Below, in pieces: positions 49,144-59,200 of a stretch of 64,000 nt of DNA. Under the pieces are notes generated by a model. It was not told the DNA's origin. It did not search any database and saw nothing but the letters and a program-made list of their open reading frames with translations. Both the position numbers and the translations under genes were made by a program. The DNA is from Trichormus sp. ATA11-4-KO1 (GTDB taxonomy: Bacteria > Cyanobacteriota > Cyanobacteriia > Cyanobacteriales > Nostocaceae): positions 81,223 to 145,222 of the forward strand of contig JAHHIM010000009.1 of the NCBI GenBank assembly GCA_019358915.1, in the 5' to 3' direction. How positions within the stretch are numbered: the first letter of the stretch is position 1; each line of letters begins with the position of its first letter.

Positions 49144-50430
49144 ATGCAAGTACTAAAAACAACCGATAAAGATTTTTCCGTTAAATTCAAAGCACTGGTG
49201 AGCGATCGCCGGGAAGCAACGGTTGATGTTAGTATAACGGTGCAGGATATTCTTGCTAATGTGAAAGTGCGCGGTGATGCCGCAGTTAAGGAATATACTA
49301 ACCGTTTTGATCATTACAGTCCCCCATCTCTACATCTGAGCGCAGATTTTATTGCCGAACATGCAGCACAATGTCCGGCTGATGTCAAGGCAGCGCTGGA
49401 ATTAGCTGCTGAAAGAATCGGGTCTTTTCATCAAAAACAACTACCCCAAGATATTGGCTACACCGACACAGCCGGGGTGAAACTAGGATTAAATTGGGTT
49501 GCGCTCTCCCAAGTGGGAATTTATGTACCCGGAGGACGTGCCAGCTATCCTAGTTCATTACTGATGAATGCCCTACCAGCCAAAATTGCGGGTGTGGAAA
49601 GAATTGTCATGGCAGTACCCATGCCTCGCGGTGAGATTAATCCCGCAGTCCTGGCCGCAGCCCAAATTGCTGGAGTAACAGAAATTTATAGTATTGGTGG
49701 GGCGCAGGCGATCGCCGCTTTAGCTTATGGTACAGAAAGCCTGACCCCTGTAGATAAAATTGTCGGCCCAGGTAACGCCTATGTTGCCGAAGCCAAACGG
49801 CAATTATTTGGGACTGTGGGCATTGATAGCGTGGCTGGGCCTTCAGAAATTTTGGTGGTAGCCGACGACAAAAACAACCCAGAGTGGATAGCCTGGGATT
49901 TACTATCCCAAGCCGAACACGACCCCAGCGCCCAATCTATTTTAATTACCGATTCTGCCAGTTTTTCTGAGAAAGTCATAGCAGCAATTGAGCAAATTCT
50001 CACCAACCTACCCACCAAAGCAGTAGCTAGTGCCAGTTGGCGACAACATGGCGCAGTGATTCTGGTTGACGATTTAGCCGCAAGCATCCCACTACTAAAT
50101 CAGTTAGCTCCCGAACACGTAGAATTGTGCGTAGATCATCCACAGTTGCTTGCCAGTCAAATTAAGTGTGCTGGTAGTATGTTTCTGGGACGTTACACCC
50201 CAGAAGCGATCGGTGACTATTTAGGCGGGCCAAATCATGTTTTGCCTACTGGTCGTTCAGCTCGCTTTGCTTCTGGATTGAGTGTTTATGATTTTCTCAA
50301 GCGGATTACCTATTTGGAATGCAATCAACAGGCATTGCAAACAATCGGTCAAGCAGCAGTGACACTAGCAACAGCCGAAGGTTTACCAGCGCATGGTGGT
50401 AGTGTTTCCATCCGCCTTTCTCAGTGCTGA
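49144..50430 (+). CDS. hisD: Histidinol dehydrogenase
   Basis: GIYVPGG, GPGNAYVAEAK, IDSVAGPSE, LLSQAEHDP, APEHVE, GPNHVLPT. Confidence 0.97.
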   Translation: MQVLKTTDKDFSVKFKALVSDRREATVDVSITVQDILANVKVRGDAAVKEYTNRFDHYSPPSLHLSADFIAEHAAQCPADVKAALELAAERIGSFHQKQLPQDIGYTDTAGVKLGLNWVALSQVGIYVPGGRASYPSSLLMNALPAKIAGVERIVMAVPMPRGEINPAVLAAAQIAGVTEIYSIGGAQAIAALAYGTESLTPVDKIVGPGNAYVAEAKRQLFGTVGIDSVAGPSEILVVADDKNNPEWIAWDLLSQAEHDPSAQSILITDSASFSEKVIAAIEQILTNLPTKAVASASWRQHGAVILVDDLAASIPLLNQLAPEHVELCVDHPQLLASQIKCAGSMFLGRYTPEAIGDYLGGPNHVLPTGRSARFASGLSVYDFLKRITYLECNQQALQTIGQAAVTLATAEGLPAHGGSVSIRLSQC

Positions 50431-50479
50431 GTGCTTTTCTAAGTGCTGAGTGCTGAGTGCTGAGTGCTGAGTGCTGAGT
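50424..50479 (+). repeat. Tandem heptamer repeat (GTGCTGA)n
   Basis: gtgctgagtgctgagtgctgagtgctgagtgctgagtg. Confidence 0.9.
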
Positions 50480-50543
50480 GAAAATACCACTCCCTACTCC
50501 CTACTCTCTTGATATCTTGGTAAAAAAACTGAGGTGAACTCCT

Positions 50544-51182
50544 ATGCTAACGACCTCACCCACTAGTTCCCAACGGGTTTTATTGCCAAACATTAGTTGG
50601 CAGACCTTTGAAACCATTCTGGCAGAAATGGGCGGTAATCGTGCAACGCGACTGGCTTATGACCACGGAACGCTGGAAATTATGACTCCTTTGATGCCCC
50701 ATGAGCATAACAAAAGACTGATAGAAAAATTGATTGATAATCTAGCCGAGGAACTCAACCTTAATCTCAAAAGCACTGGTTCAGTTACTTGTAAGCGCCA
50801 AGATTTACTGCGGGGTGTGGAACCAGATTCGAGTTTTTACATCCAGAATGAACCTGTGATGCGACATAAGCAAAATCTTGACTTAAGCCAAGACCCACCA
50901 CCTGATTTAGTCATTGAGGTAGACTATACCAGCGCTTCTGTTGATAGACTTCCCATTTATCTTGCCTTGGGTGTTCCAGAGGTTTGGCGTTATGACGAAC
51001 CTATGATGCAGATTTACCAGTTGCGAGATGGTGTATATGTTCCTTGTGATGTGTCGCCGACTTTTAAAAATTTGCCAATAACGGCTGAAATTCCTCGATT
51101 TATCCAAGAAAGTCTGAAAATTGGCGAAATAACTATGATTCGCTCATTCCGTGCTTGGGTAAAACAGCAGATAGAAAATTGA
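50544..51182 (+). CDS. Uma2 family endonuclease-like protein
   Basis: ISWQTFE..L, RLAYDHG.LEIM.P...HE, GVEPDSSFY, PPDLVIEVD, LGVPEVWRY. Confidence 0.92.
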   Translation: MLTTSPTSSQRVLLPNISWQTFETILAEMGGNRATRLAYDHGTLEIMTPLMPHEHNKRLIEKLIDNLAEELNLNLKSTGSVTCKRQDLLRGVEPDSSFYIQNEPVMRHKQNLDLSQDPPPDLVIEVDYTSASVDRLPIYLALGVPEVWRYDEPMMQIYQLRDGVYVPCDVSPTFKNLPITAEIPRFIQESLKIGEITMIRSFRAWVKQQIEN

Positions 51183-51241
51183 CACACAATCGCCAAAGCG
51201 ATATACCATATCAAAGTGCATCATACGTAAGCTTTTATCTT

Positions 51242-51622
51242 ATGGCTAGTGTTGAACGCGACGAAAACCGAGAGCATCGCATTGAAACAGAGATAATTGT
51301 CGATGCTGAAGATAAAGAAGAACGGGCGATGGGTTGGTACTACTACCTTGACGATACTTTGAACGTGCCTTTTATGGCTACGTTGAAGAAAAAGTCACGC
51401 AAAACCTCTACTGTTGAAGAAAAACAAGTTGAGGTGCTGGGAATGGCGCCAGATGATGAGTGCTTAAAAGATATGTTTGTAGAAGTGGTTTATCCTGATG
51501 GCAAGGATGAAGACGTATTTTCTGCCAAGTTATCAGATATAGTAGCCATTGATACGGATAGTGACACCAAAGAAGCGATCGCAGACTGGCACTATTGGAT
51601 TGCTAGAGGTTATAAGTTCTAA
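51242..51622 (+). CDS. ccbP: Calcium-binding protein CcbP
   Basis: MASVERDENREHRIETEIIVDAEDKEERAMGWYYYLDDTL...EAIADWHYW.ARGYKF matches my recollection of Anabaena CcbP; ATG at 51242. Confidence 0.9.
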   Translation: MASVERDENREHRIETEIIVDAEDKEERAMGWYYYLDDTLNVPFMATLKKKSRKTSTVEEKQVEVLGMAPDDECLKDMFVEVVYPDGKDEDVFSAKLSDIVAIDTDSDTKEAIADWHYWIARGYKF

Positions 51623-51632
51623 AAGTTAAAAT

Positions 51633-52193
51633 TTAGGACAAATGCCGAATGATCTGGCAGGGATTACCAGCAGCTACAACATTGGCGGGTATATCTTTAA
51701 CAACTACACTACCAGCACCAATGGTAGTATTGTCGCCAATTGTGACTCCTGGACAAATAATAGCACTGCCACCAATCCAAACATTATTGCCAATTTTAAC
51801 TGGGGCAGCAAGTTCTCTCCCAGAAAGACGGATTTCCGGCTCTGTGGGATGATAAGCTGCATAAATTTGCACGTAAGGAGCGCACAAGACATTTTCACCA
51901 ATTTCCACTAAATTACAGTCTAAAATTACACAGCCATAGTTCATATACAATCTGTTGCCAGTATAAATATAGCTGCCATAATCACAGTGAAAAGGCGGCA
52001 CAATGGTTATTTGCTGGCCTACCTGTGCGAATAATTCCTGCAAAATTTGGCTTCTTTGTTCTGTTTCTGCTTCTGTGGTGGCGTTGTAAGTCCGCAGGAG
52101 ACGACTGGCGCGCTTGCTTTCGGCAACTAATTCAGGATCATCTGCAAGATATAACTCACCCGATAGCATTTTTTGTTTTTCTGTTTTTTCCAT
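51633..52193 (-). CDS. Sugar (maltose/galactoside) O-acetyltransferase
   Basis: EKQKMLSGELY, PPFHCDYG, hexapeptide repeats, VVAAGNP. Confidence 0.92.
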   Translation of the reverse strand: MEKTEKQKMLSGELYLADDPELVAESKRASRLLRTYNATTEAETEQRSQILQELFAQVGQQITIVPPFHCDYGSYIYTGNRLYMNYGCVILDCNLVEIGENVLCAPYVQIYAAYHPTEPEIRLSGRELAAPVKIGNNVWIGGSAIICPGVTIGDNTTIGAGSVVVKDIPANVVAAGNPCQIIRHLS

Positions 52194-52441
52194 ACAAATA
52201 AGAATCAAGATGATTTAGGAAACGCAAAATAATTTTATTATTTATTAAACTAATAAAAGTATTTACACGGGTTTTTAAATAAGATAAACCGAATAAGCTA
52301 TAGTAGCAATACTAAAATTTTTGCATTCTTCAGAGGAAGACATTTAAAAATGTAATTCCTAAAAGCAGAGTTTTAGTAAATTGATGAAAGTAATTAATAT
52401 TTAATATTACTTTAAAAAGATTGTAGGAGATTTGATTTAAT

Positions 52442-53623
52442 ATGCCTTTTCGGATTTTAAGCCTGGATGGTGGGGGTATTCGAGGAGTGGTTGCCGCAAC
52501 CATGCTCGCAGAAATCGAGAAGCAAATTAATCAACCTTTAAATCAGTACTTTGATTTAATTGCGGGAACTTCTACAGGGTCAATTTTAGCAGCTGCGATC
52601 GCCACAGGACGCAGTAGCCAAGACATTATTGATGTCTACACACAAAAAAGCTCCATTATCTTCCCTTACAGAAGCCGTTTTTCACTACAGCGCCTTCCTT
52701 TACTACTGAAGTATGGTTTATCGGCTCCCAAGTTTTTCGAGGATGGTTTGACTCAAGTTCTCAAAGACGCTTTAGGTGATACAAGGCTATTAGATATCGC
52801 AGATCCACTACTGTTAATTGCCGCCTACGATACTATTGGACGTCAGCCAATTATATTTAAAAGCTGGCATCAAGATACCAGTTATGGCAATGTCCCCTTA
52901 TGGGAAGCCTGTCTTTGTTCGGCATCCGCTCCAACTTTTTTTCCGGCACATAAACTAGATAAAAGAATTAATGGAGCAGTGAATTGTGGAACTGATGACA
53001 CTATAACCTTATGTGAGCAAGCATCCTCAATCGAAAATATATATAAAAACACACAAATTAGAATCACCAGTGGTACAGGGACAGGTCAAACTCGTACTAT
53101 CAAAAAGTATGAAGGAGCAAAACGACGAGCCTTAATAGATTCCTCATGGGAAAAGATTCCCGATCAGACTTCTACTTACTCAATTAAAGGGATCTATTCT
53201 GCTATTGATGGTGGTGTTGCTGCTAATAACCCTTCAAGCTGTGCCGTTGCTGAAGCCTTAAGATTAGGTCAGAAAGTTGAAGACATTAGCGTCCTCTCTG
53301 TAGGTACTGGGGAACTCACGCGAGTAATACCATTTGAAAAAGCGCAAAGTTGGGGGCTGATACAGTGGGCACAGCCGCTCATCGGTGTATTATTTGATGG
53401 CTCATCAACTGTTCATGAGTACATTACTAAACAAATCATTCAAGAGCGAGTTTTACGGTTGCAGTTCAAACTTGATAGAGATTTAACTGGTAAACGCTTG
53501 AGTGATGATATTGATGATGTGAGTCAAGAGAATATTAGTAATTTAATTGAAGCAGCAAAAGTTTATATCAAACAACCAAATATGCAAACTGCATTGCAAG
53601 AATTTTTGCAGATTAATCAATAA
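52442..53623 (+). CDS. Patatin-like phospholipase with an internal insertion
   Basis: LSLDGGGIRG, AGTSTG, SASAPTFF, IDGGVAANNP, LSVGTG. Confidence 0.92.
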   Translation: MPFRILSLDGGGIRGVVAATMLAEIEKQINQPLNQYFDLIAGTSTGSILAAAIATGRSSQDIIDVYTQKSSIIFPYRSRFSLQRLPLLLKYGLSAPKFFEDGLTQVLKDALGDTRLLDIADPLLLIAAYDTIGRQPIIFKSWHQDTSYGNVPLWEACLCSASAPTFFPAHKLDKRINGAVNCGTDDTITLCEQASSIENIYKNTQIRITSGTGTGQTRTIKKYEGAKRRALIDSSWEKIPDQTSTYSIKGIYSAIDGGVAANNPSSCAVAEALRLGQKVEDISVLSVGTGELTRVIPFEKAQSWGLIQWAQPLIGVLFDGSSTVHEYITKQIIQERVLRLQFKLDRDLTGKRLSDDIDDVSQENISNLIEAAKVYIKQPNMQTALQEFLQINQ

Positions 53624-53631
53624 TTAATGAT

Positions 53632-53713
53632 GGCGTTGCTGAAGCAAGGGATGATTCTTGTGGGGTGGCAAGATGCCCCTCCCACAAAACCAGCAAAATC
53701 ATCCCGTAACGCC
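53632..53713. mobile_element. MITE-like inverted-repeat element
   Basis: GGCGTTGCTGAAGCAAGGGATGATT ... AATCATCCCGTAACGCC flanking an internal tgtgggg...cccaca hairpin. Confidence 0.55.
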
Positions 53714-53721
53714 TAATTTTT

Positions 53722-54165
53722 TTATAAAATTAATGTTTCAAGTTTTGCCTGTACTTCTTCTATTAAATCTTCTGTAACAGTTTCAACGAATTTTATTTTT
53801 CTAGCTCTCCAATCTAGTGTTTTGATTTGGTCGGCTAACACAACTCCTTGTGTTTTCATTCCTTTAACAAGGGTAACTTCAAACCTAAGCCCCTTGGGAT
53901 TAGTAGTTATGGGACAAGCTAAAACCAAAGAAGCCATTCTATTATATTTTTTGGGAGATATGACTAGAACAGGGCGATAGCCAATTTGCTCACGCCCTTG
54001 TTGTTGTAGTTCATTGTTTAGTGTTCTAGCAATATCCTCAAACGACATCCCTGACGTATGAAGGGTAAATGCACGCTTAATAGAATCAGCCGTAAACTGT
54101 TGTGCATCTCCAAATTCTAATTTGACGATATCTCCTCTGTCGGGAAAGTACGGATTAACTACCAA
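53722..54165 (-). CDS. mazF: MazF/PemK toxin with ~35-aa insertion
   Basis: PDRGDIV.L.F ... QGREQ.GYRPVLVISP..YN....L...CPIT, LADQIKTLDWRAR. Confidence 0.88.
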   Translation of the reverse strand: MVVNPYFPDRGDIVKLEFGDAQQFTADSIKRAFTLHTSGMSFEDIARTLNNELQQQGREQIGYRPVLVISPKKYNRMASLVLACPITTNPKGLRFEVTLVKGMKTQGVVLADQIKTLDWRARKIKFVETVTEDLIEEVQAKLETLIL

Positions 54166-54401
54166 TCTTCACTCCCCACAGCATTTCCAGTTTCAAACTC
54201 CGGATGAAAATTATCAGGAGTCATACCCTCAAGCAACTCATCCAGCGTGTATTTCTTTCTTGTTTGTGGTGTCACTATAATAGTGTTACCTTCAACACTA
54301 ATATTTACATCTGTCCCTTCCGTTATATGCGTCTGTTCGGCTACTAGCTTGGGAATCCGGATAGCCAAACTATTTCCCCACTTAGCAACGACTCCCGTCA
54401 T
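54159..54401 (-). CDS. mazE: AbrB/MazE antitoxin
   Basis: VAKWGNSLAIRIPK...YTLDELLEGMTPDNFHPEFETG.AVG.E.W; ATG at 54401. Confidence 0.9.
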   Translation of the reverse strand: MTGVVAKWGNSLAIRIPKLVAEQTHITEGTDVNISVEGNTIIVTPQTRKKYTLDELLEGMTPDNFHPEFETGNAVGSEDW

Positions 54402-54724
54402 AGCTAACTCCTTAAATAAATTTCTTAGTGAGCAACGCAACCCAAACAAAACGATTTCGGAGTTAAGGACTCGTATTTTGTGTAACGTATATACTTTGAA
54501 TATACATATTTTCTTAAAGGGTGTCAACACCCTGACACCGTTGGCATCTATCTATAAGTGAAGGTCAATTGGCACAGCAATAGCGTACTACACATGACTT
54601 GAGACGTGAGTAACAGCAATTTTTCCTAACTCTTGCACAGCAAGGGTTTTAGCCGTTATGTCGTAGTAAACTATTTGCTAGGGAAGAATGGCAGAGAATG
54701 AAAACTAGCTTTAGTTCTGCGGCT

Positions 54725-54895
54725 GCATATATTCCGCCACCCGGAATCATTGAGGTCGTGAGTAACAACTACAAGGACGACTATCTGACAAAACTTGCTG
54801 AATATGTTCGCGTAGCGTCTCGAAGAAAAGACTTGGGCGTTTTCGAGTACATCATAGACTATGCTGCTTTTAGTGGTATTCGGCTCATTGGCTGG
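54725..54895 (+). pseudogene. Internal fragment of a Uma2-family gene
   Basis: IIEVVSNNYKDDYLTKLAEY...LGVFEY.IDY...GIRLIG; no proper N- or C-terminus. Confidence 0.6.
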
Positions 54896-54915
54896 ATTGC
54901 TCCAAAATCAAACAG

Positions 54916-55215
54916 CTATTGTCCCCATTCTAAGGTAATCTCAAAATTGGCTGTGGAAGTACCTTTGACTAGTAAAGGTGTAAGTTTACCCGCTTCAATG
55001 CCTATATCTACACCAAATTTCACACTAGCTTTATCAGGCTTAACTTTTTGCAATGTTTCCGCCACTTCCTTTGTCAGGGATTCAAGCGCCGCAGTTACTT
55101 CGTGAAAAGGTCGAGCTTGAAGACTAACTTTGCGATCGCCAATTGGTGTAGCCTCAACTTTGATGCTTGTCCCATCAGCCAGTTCTACTGAAATAATTCT
55201 AGTTTGGATTTCCAT
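54916..55215 (-). CDS. Trypco1/CU044_2847-like small protein
   Basis: VELADGTSIKVEA...KPDKASVKFGVDIGIEAGKL..LLVKGTSTANFEITLEW. Confidence 0.75.
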   Translation of the reverse strand: MEIQTRIISVELADGTSIKVEATPIGDRKVSLQARPFHEVTAALESLTKEVAETLQKVKPDKASVKFGVDIGIEAGKLTPLLVKGTSTANFEITLEWGQ

Positions 55216-55304
55216 GTTGTTTTAACTGGATTATGCTGTTTCAATAACATTGACTTTTGCCTGAATTTGTAGCATTATGCATAACATTTTGTCTGTCTTT
55301 TCGC

Positions 55305-56141
55305 TCAACTTTCTCCCACATTCATAGCTGCTAAAATGGCTTGCTGACTCACTTCTTTGTAAACAGTATCTAAATATTTCATCACCACATCGCCAGAAGT
55401 TAAATTTACTACAGTTTCTTCTGTTTTCGCTAGAGGAATTGCTCCTAATACATCGAGTATTGTTTCACTACTTGATGGTGCAATCACTACTAAAGAAGAA
55501 TCTAAAGGCTCATTATATTGCCAGAAAGAATCAATGTTTATAGATTTTTGATGATGAGGAATTGGCTGTTGAACATTAGGTATTTCCGGTGCAGCAACTT
55601 CAACTTTAGCACCCCGTAATTGGCGTAAATCGCTGATAATTTGCTCTTTAGTGCGTCCGCGTAATTGAAATAGTACAAACGGGTCTTCACTGAAGCGATC
55701 GCCTAACTGATAGTAAACTGCACCAACATGTTTACAAGGATTTGCTTTATCAGGGCAAGAGCATTTACTATGAACATCAGATAAGGTAAAAGGAAATAAT
55801 GACAGTCCATTGGCTGTGAAGACTTCTTCAATATTTTGCGGCATTTCTCCGGCTAACAGCTTGGCAGCAAAAATAGCCCTTTGGGACATCGTTTCAATTA
55901 CATAACTCCACTCTTCTTCACTAAATGCGTCAATCGATAGAGAAACTTTATAAGGTTCAGGTTCACTACCTTGGACTCTAGCTAATACTTTTGCACCTTT
56001 AAACTCAATACTTAAAACATTACCCTGACGAGCATAATTTCTCGCTCGTTCCAAACGTTTTTTAAACCGATAAGAATCTAGTAACTCTAGCCACTTTTGT
56101 GACCACCATTCTCGACTTGCTTGCAGAGTATAATTAGTCAT
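55305..56141 (-). CDS. SWIM zinc-finger protein
   Basis: RLERARNYARQG, CSCPDKANPCKH, DPFVLFQLRG. Confidence 0.92.
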   Translation of the reverse strand: MTNYTLQASREWWSQKWLELLDSYRFKKRLERARNYARQGNVLSIEFKGAKVLARVQGSEPEPYKVSLSIDAFSEEEWSYVIETMSQRAIFAAKLLAGEMPQNIEEVFTANGLSLFPFTLSDVHSKCSCPDKANPCKHVGAVYYQLGDRFSEDPFVLFQLRGRTKEQIISDLRQLRGAKVEVAAPEIPNVQQPIPHHQKSINIDSFWQYNEPLDSSLVVIAPSSSETILDVLGAIPLAKTEETVVNLTSGDVVMKYLDTVYKEVSQQAILAAMNVGES

Positions 56142-56238
56142 AATTTTGCTTTTTAAATTGACTAGTATTTTTCTTTGAGTCTTTGTGCCTTTGTGGTAAA
56201 AAACACAAAGACACCAAGATCCAAAGAAGCATCAATCC

Positions 56239-59200
56239 CTATTCTTCTTCGATAACAGCACTGCGATCAAGTAGGAGTAAATTACGCAGTTGGTTTGTAT
56301 CCATTTCAGTGAGCCATTCTTCCCCAGCCCCAACTACTTGTTCAGCTAGTTGTTTTTTACTTTCAATCATGTCATGAATTTTTTCTTCTAAAGTCCCAGT
56401 GCAGACAAATTTATACACTTGTACGTTACGGGTTTGACCAATGCGAAATACTCGGTCTGTAGCTTGGTTTTCTACAGCAGGATTCCACCATCTATCAAAG
56501 TGGAATACATGATTTGCTCTGGTTAAATTTAATCCTACACCACCTGCTTTTAAAGAGAGAATCATAATTGGTGGACCTTGGGGATCGTGTTGGAAACGGT
56601 CGATCATTTCCTCACGTTGTTTTTTACTGGTGCTACCATATAAAAACAAGATTTCTCGCCCTAGTTTATTTTCTAAATGCGGTTTTAGTAATTTGCCCCA
56701 TTCCGCAAATTGCGTGAAGATTAAAGCGCGTCCTGATTTAGCAGCGCCTTCTGCTAAAGCCTCATCTAACATTTCCTCTAGCCGTTGCAATTTAGCTGAA
56801 TGATGTTGTTGTAATGTAGCTGCTTTCAAATATTGGGACGGGTGGTTACAGATTTGTTTGAGTTTGATTAGCAAGGCTAAAATCATGCCTCGACGTTGCA
56901 ATCCTGACGCAGATTCAATATCTGTTAAAGATGCTTCCACTACTTGTTGATAAAGTTCGGCTTGTTCGGCACTCAGACCACAAAATACTGTCATTTCTTG
57001 CTTTTCTGGCAAGTCCTGAATGATATTGCGGTCAGTTTTTAAACGGCGCAGAATAAAGGGTTGAACTAAAGAACGTAATTGATTTAATGATGCGGCATCC
57101 CCGTATTTTTCTATTGGCATAGCAAACCGTCTTTGGAAGAATTGCCGATTACCTAAATATCCAGGATTGAGGAAATCTAAAATAGACCACAATTCTTGCA
57201 ATCTATTTTCTACTGGTGTTCCTGTTAAAGCTACACGGAATGTTGCTTCTAATTGTCTGATTGCTTGAGATTGTTTCGCTTCGGGATTTTTCACATTCTG
57301 GGCTTCATCTAACACAATTACCTGCCAAGATACGCCCTGTAATGACTTAATATCTCGGTGAACTAATGAGTAACTGGTGATGACTACATCGTGTTGTTTT
57401 ACCGCTTCCACAAACGCCTTACCTTTAAGACGTTTATCGCCGTGGTGTTGCAATACTTTCAGAGTGGGGGCAAATTTTTTGATTTCCCGTTCCCAGTTGC
57501 CTAAAACCGAAGTTGGACATACTAAGAGTGTCGGATTTTCTAATGCATCCTGTTCTTTCAGGTGGAGAAGGAAGGCAATAAACTGAATCGTCTTACCGAG
57601 TCCCATATCATCGGCGAGACATGCACCCAAACCCCAACGTTCTAGAAAAGCCAACCAAGCTGCGCCTCGTTCTTGATAAGGTCGCAACTGTCCCTGAAAA
57701 TTAGCAGGTGTAGGCAAAGGTGAGATCGCCTGGTTGTTTGTTAGTGCCCCAATCAACTCTTGTAATGCCCCAGATGCCTCAAAACTGACCACGGGTAATT
57801 TTTCAATCGCCTGGGTGTCTCCCGTACTCAAACGTAAAGCATCTTCCAAAGAAAGCGCCAATTGGTCTTTGCGAGAAGCAAAAAATGACTGTGCTGTCTT
57901 AATATCTTGCGATCGCAACTCTACCCATTCGCCGTTAATTTCTACTAATGGGCTATTCAAAGCCACAAGTTTATTAAACTCAGTTTTAGAAATAGTTTGC
58001 CCACCAATTGCCAATTGCCATTGAAAATTTAGCAAACTCTGTAAACCTAAGCGTTCCTGCTTTGTCTTTTGAGTTTCTGCACTAATTTTCAAACCTAAAC
58101 GGTTCGCCCATCCTTCGCGATTCGCTAAACTCGGAGGTAAAATCACTCCCAAACCACTATTTTCAAACCGCCAAACAACAGACTTGATAAATTCATAAGC
58201 TTGTAATGGGTTAAGGCGACAAAATTGAGGATATTCAGTTTCTAAACTGGGTGCCAGAACTGGATACAATCGGGAAGCTAAACCCAATCCCCGCAATAAC
58301 GTTTCTTGGGGCTGATCAATTGTGCGATTTTGATAAACTAATTGCTCAACAGGGTGATGCCAAATAGTTGCCGCATCTACTAAAAATTCCGGATCATCTG
58401 TTGCTTGGAGAAAATAAGCCAATATCCAATCTGTTTCGCCAGACTCTGGTGGACGCAGTTGAAAACAAGTGCGAAACGAGGCTTTTCCTGCCAGTTGGTA
58501 TTGCAACGGCATAGTCCAAGCTGTTAACGCTGCTGCCAAGCGTTCCACTTCCATGGCATCTGCACTCACTGTGTTGGCTGCACTAGTTAAAGCTTGTAAC
58601 CACTGTCGCACCGCAGATGGTAAAGATGCCATCACCCTAGTTTCTATCAGAGGTTGAGAACCTATCATTTCTCGCACTTGAGCATCTATCGTACTGTTAA
58701 GAAACCCCAGCAATAATTCCTGTGGTTCTGTGGGAAAATCTATTTTGAGGAGAGAGGATGAGGTGTTTTCTCCCCCATCTCCCTGATAAGTACGACAAGC
58801 CAAAGGCATCTTCGCGGCAAATTTTTCTAGGCGCGTTCCATCTACAGCACTGTCTAAAAGTACTTGCCACTTAGCCACCATAGAACCATCGGATTGCCGC
58901 TCGATATTTGGTAAGAATTTACACCGCGAAATTAAGTCCAAACTCCAACGGGCAACCTGTGACCAAAAGCGTAAATCTCCACCCAGTAAGGCATCTTCGC
59001 CGTTGGCCGCATTCAGGGGCAGCGAAGTGAGAAATTTCATGGCTGCGGTAGAGTTGAGGCAAAAACCCTCGACTCGCCAAGGTTGTAGGTATTGCCAAGA
59101 GTTGATCTTTGACCCCAAAGTAGCAGAATGCCAGGGGGAAATAGATGTTATTTCTTGCTGATTGTTTTCTCCGACATAAGTTGGTAAAGCAATGATTTGA

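Noticed and set aside
52442..53623. Patatin as a CBASS (CapV) effector
   Set aside because: No CD-NTase or other CBASS gene is nearby.
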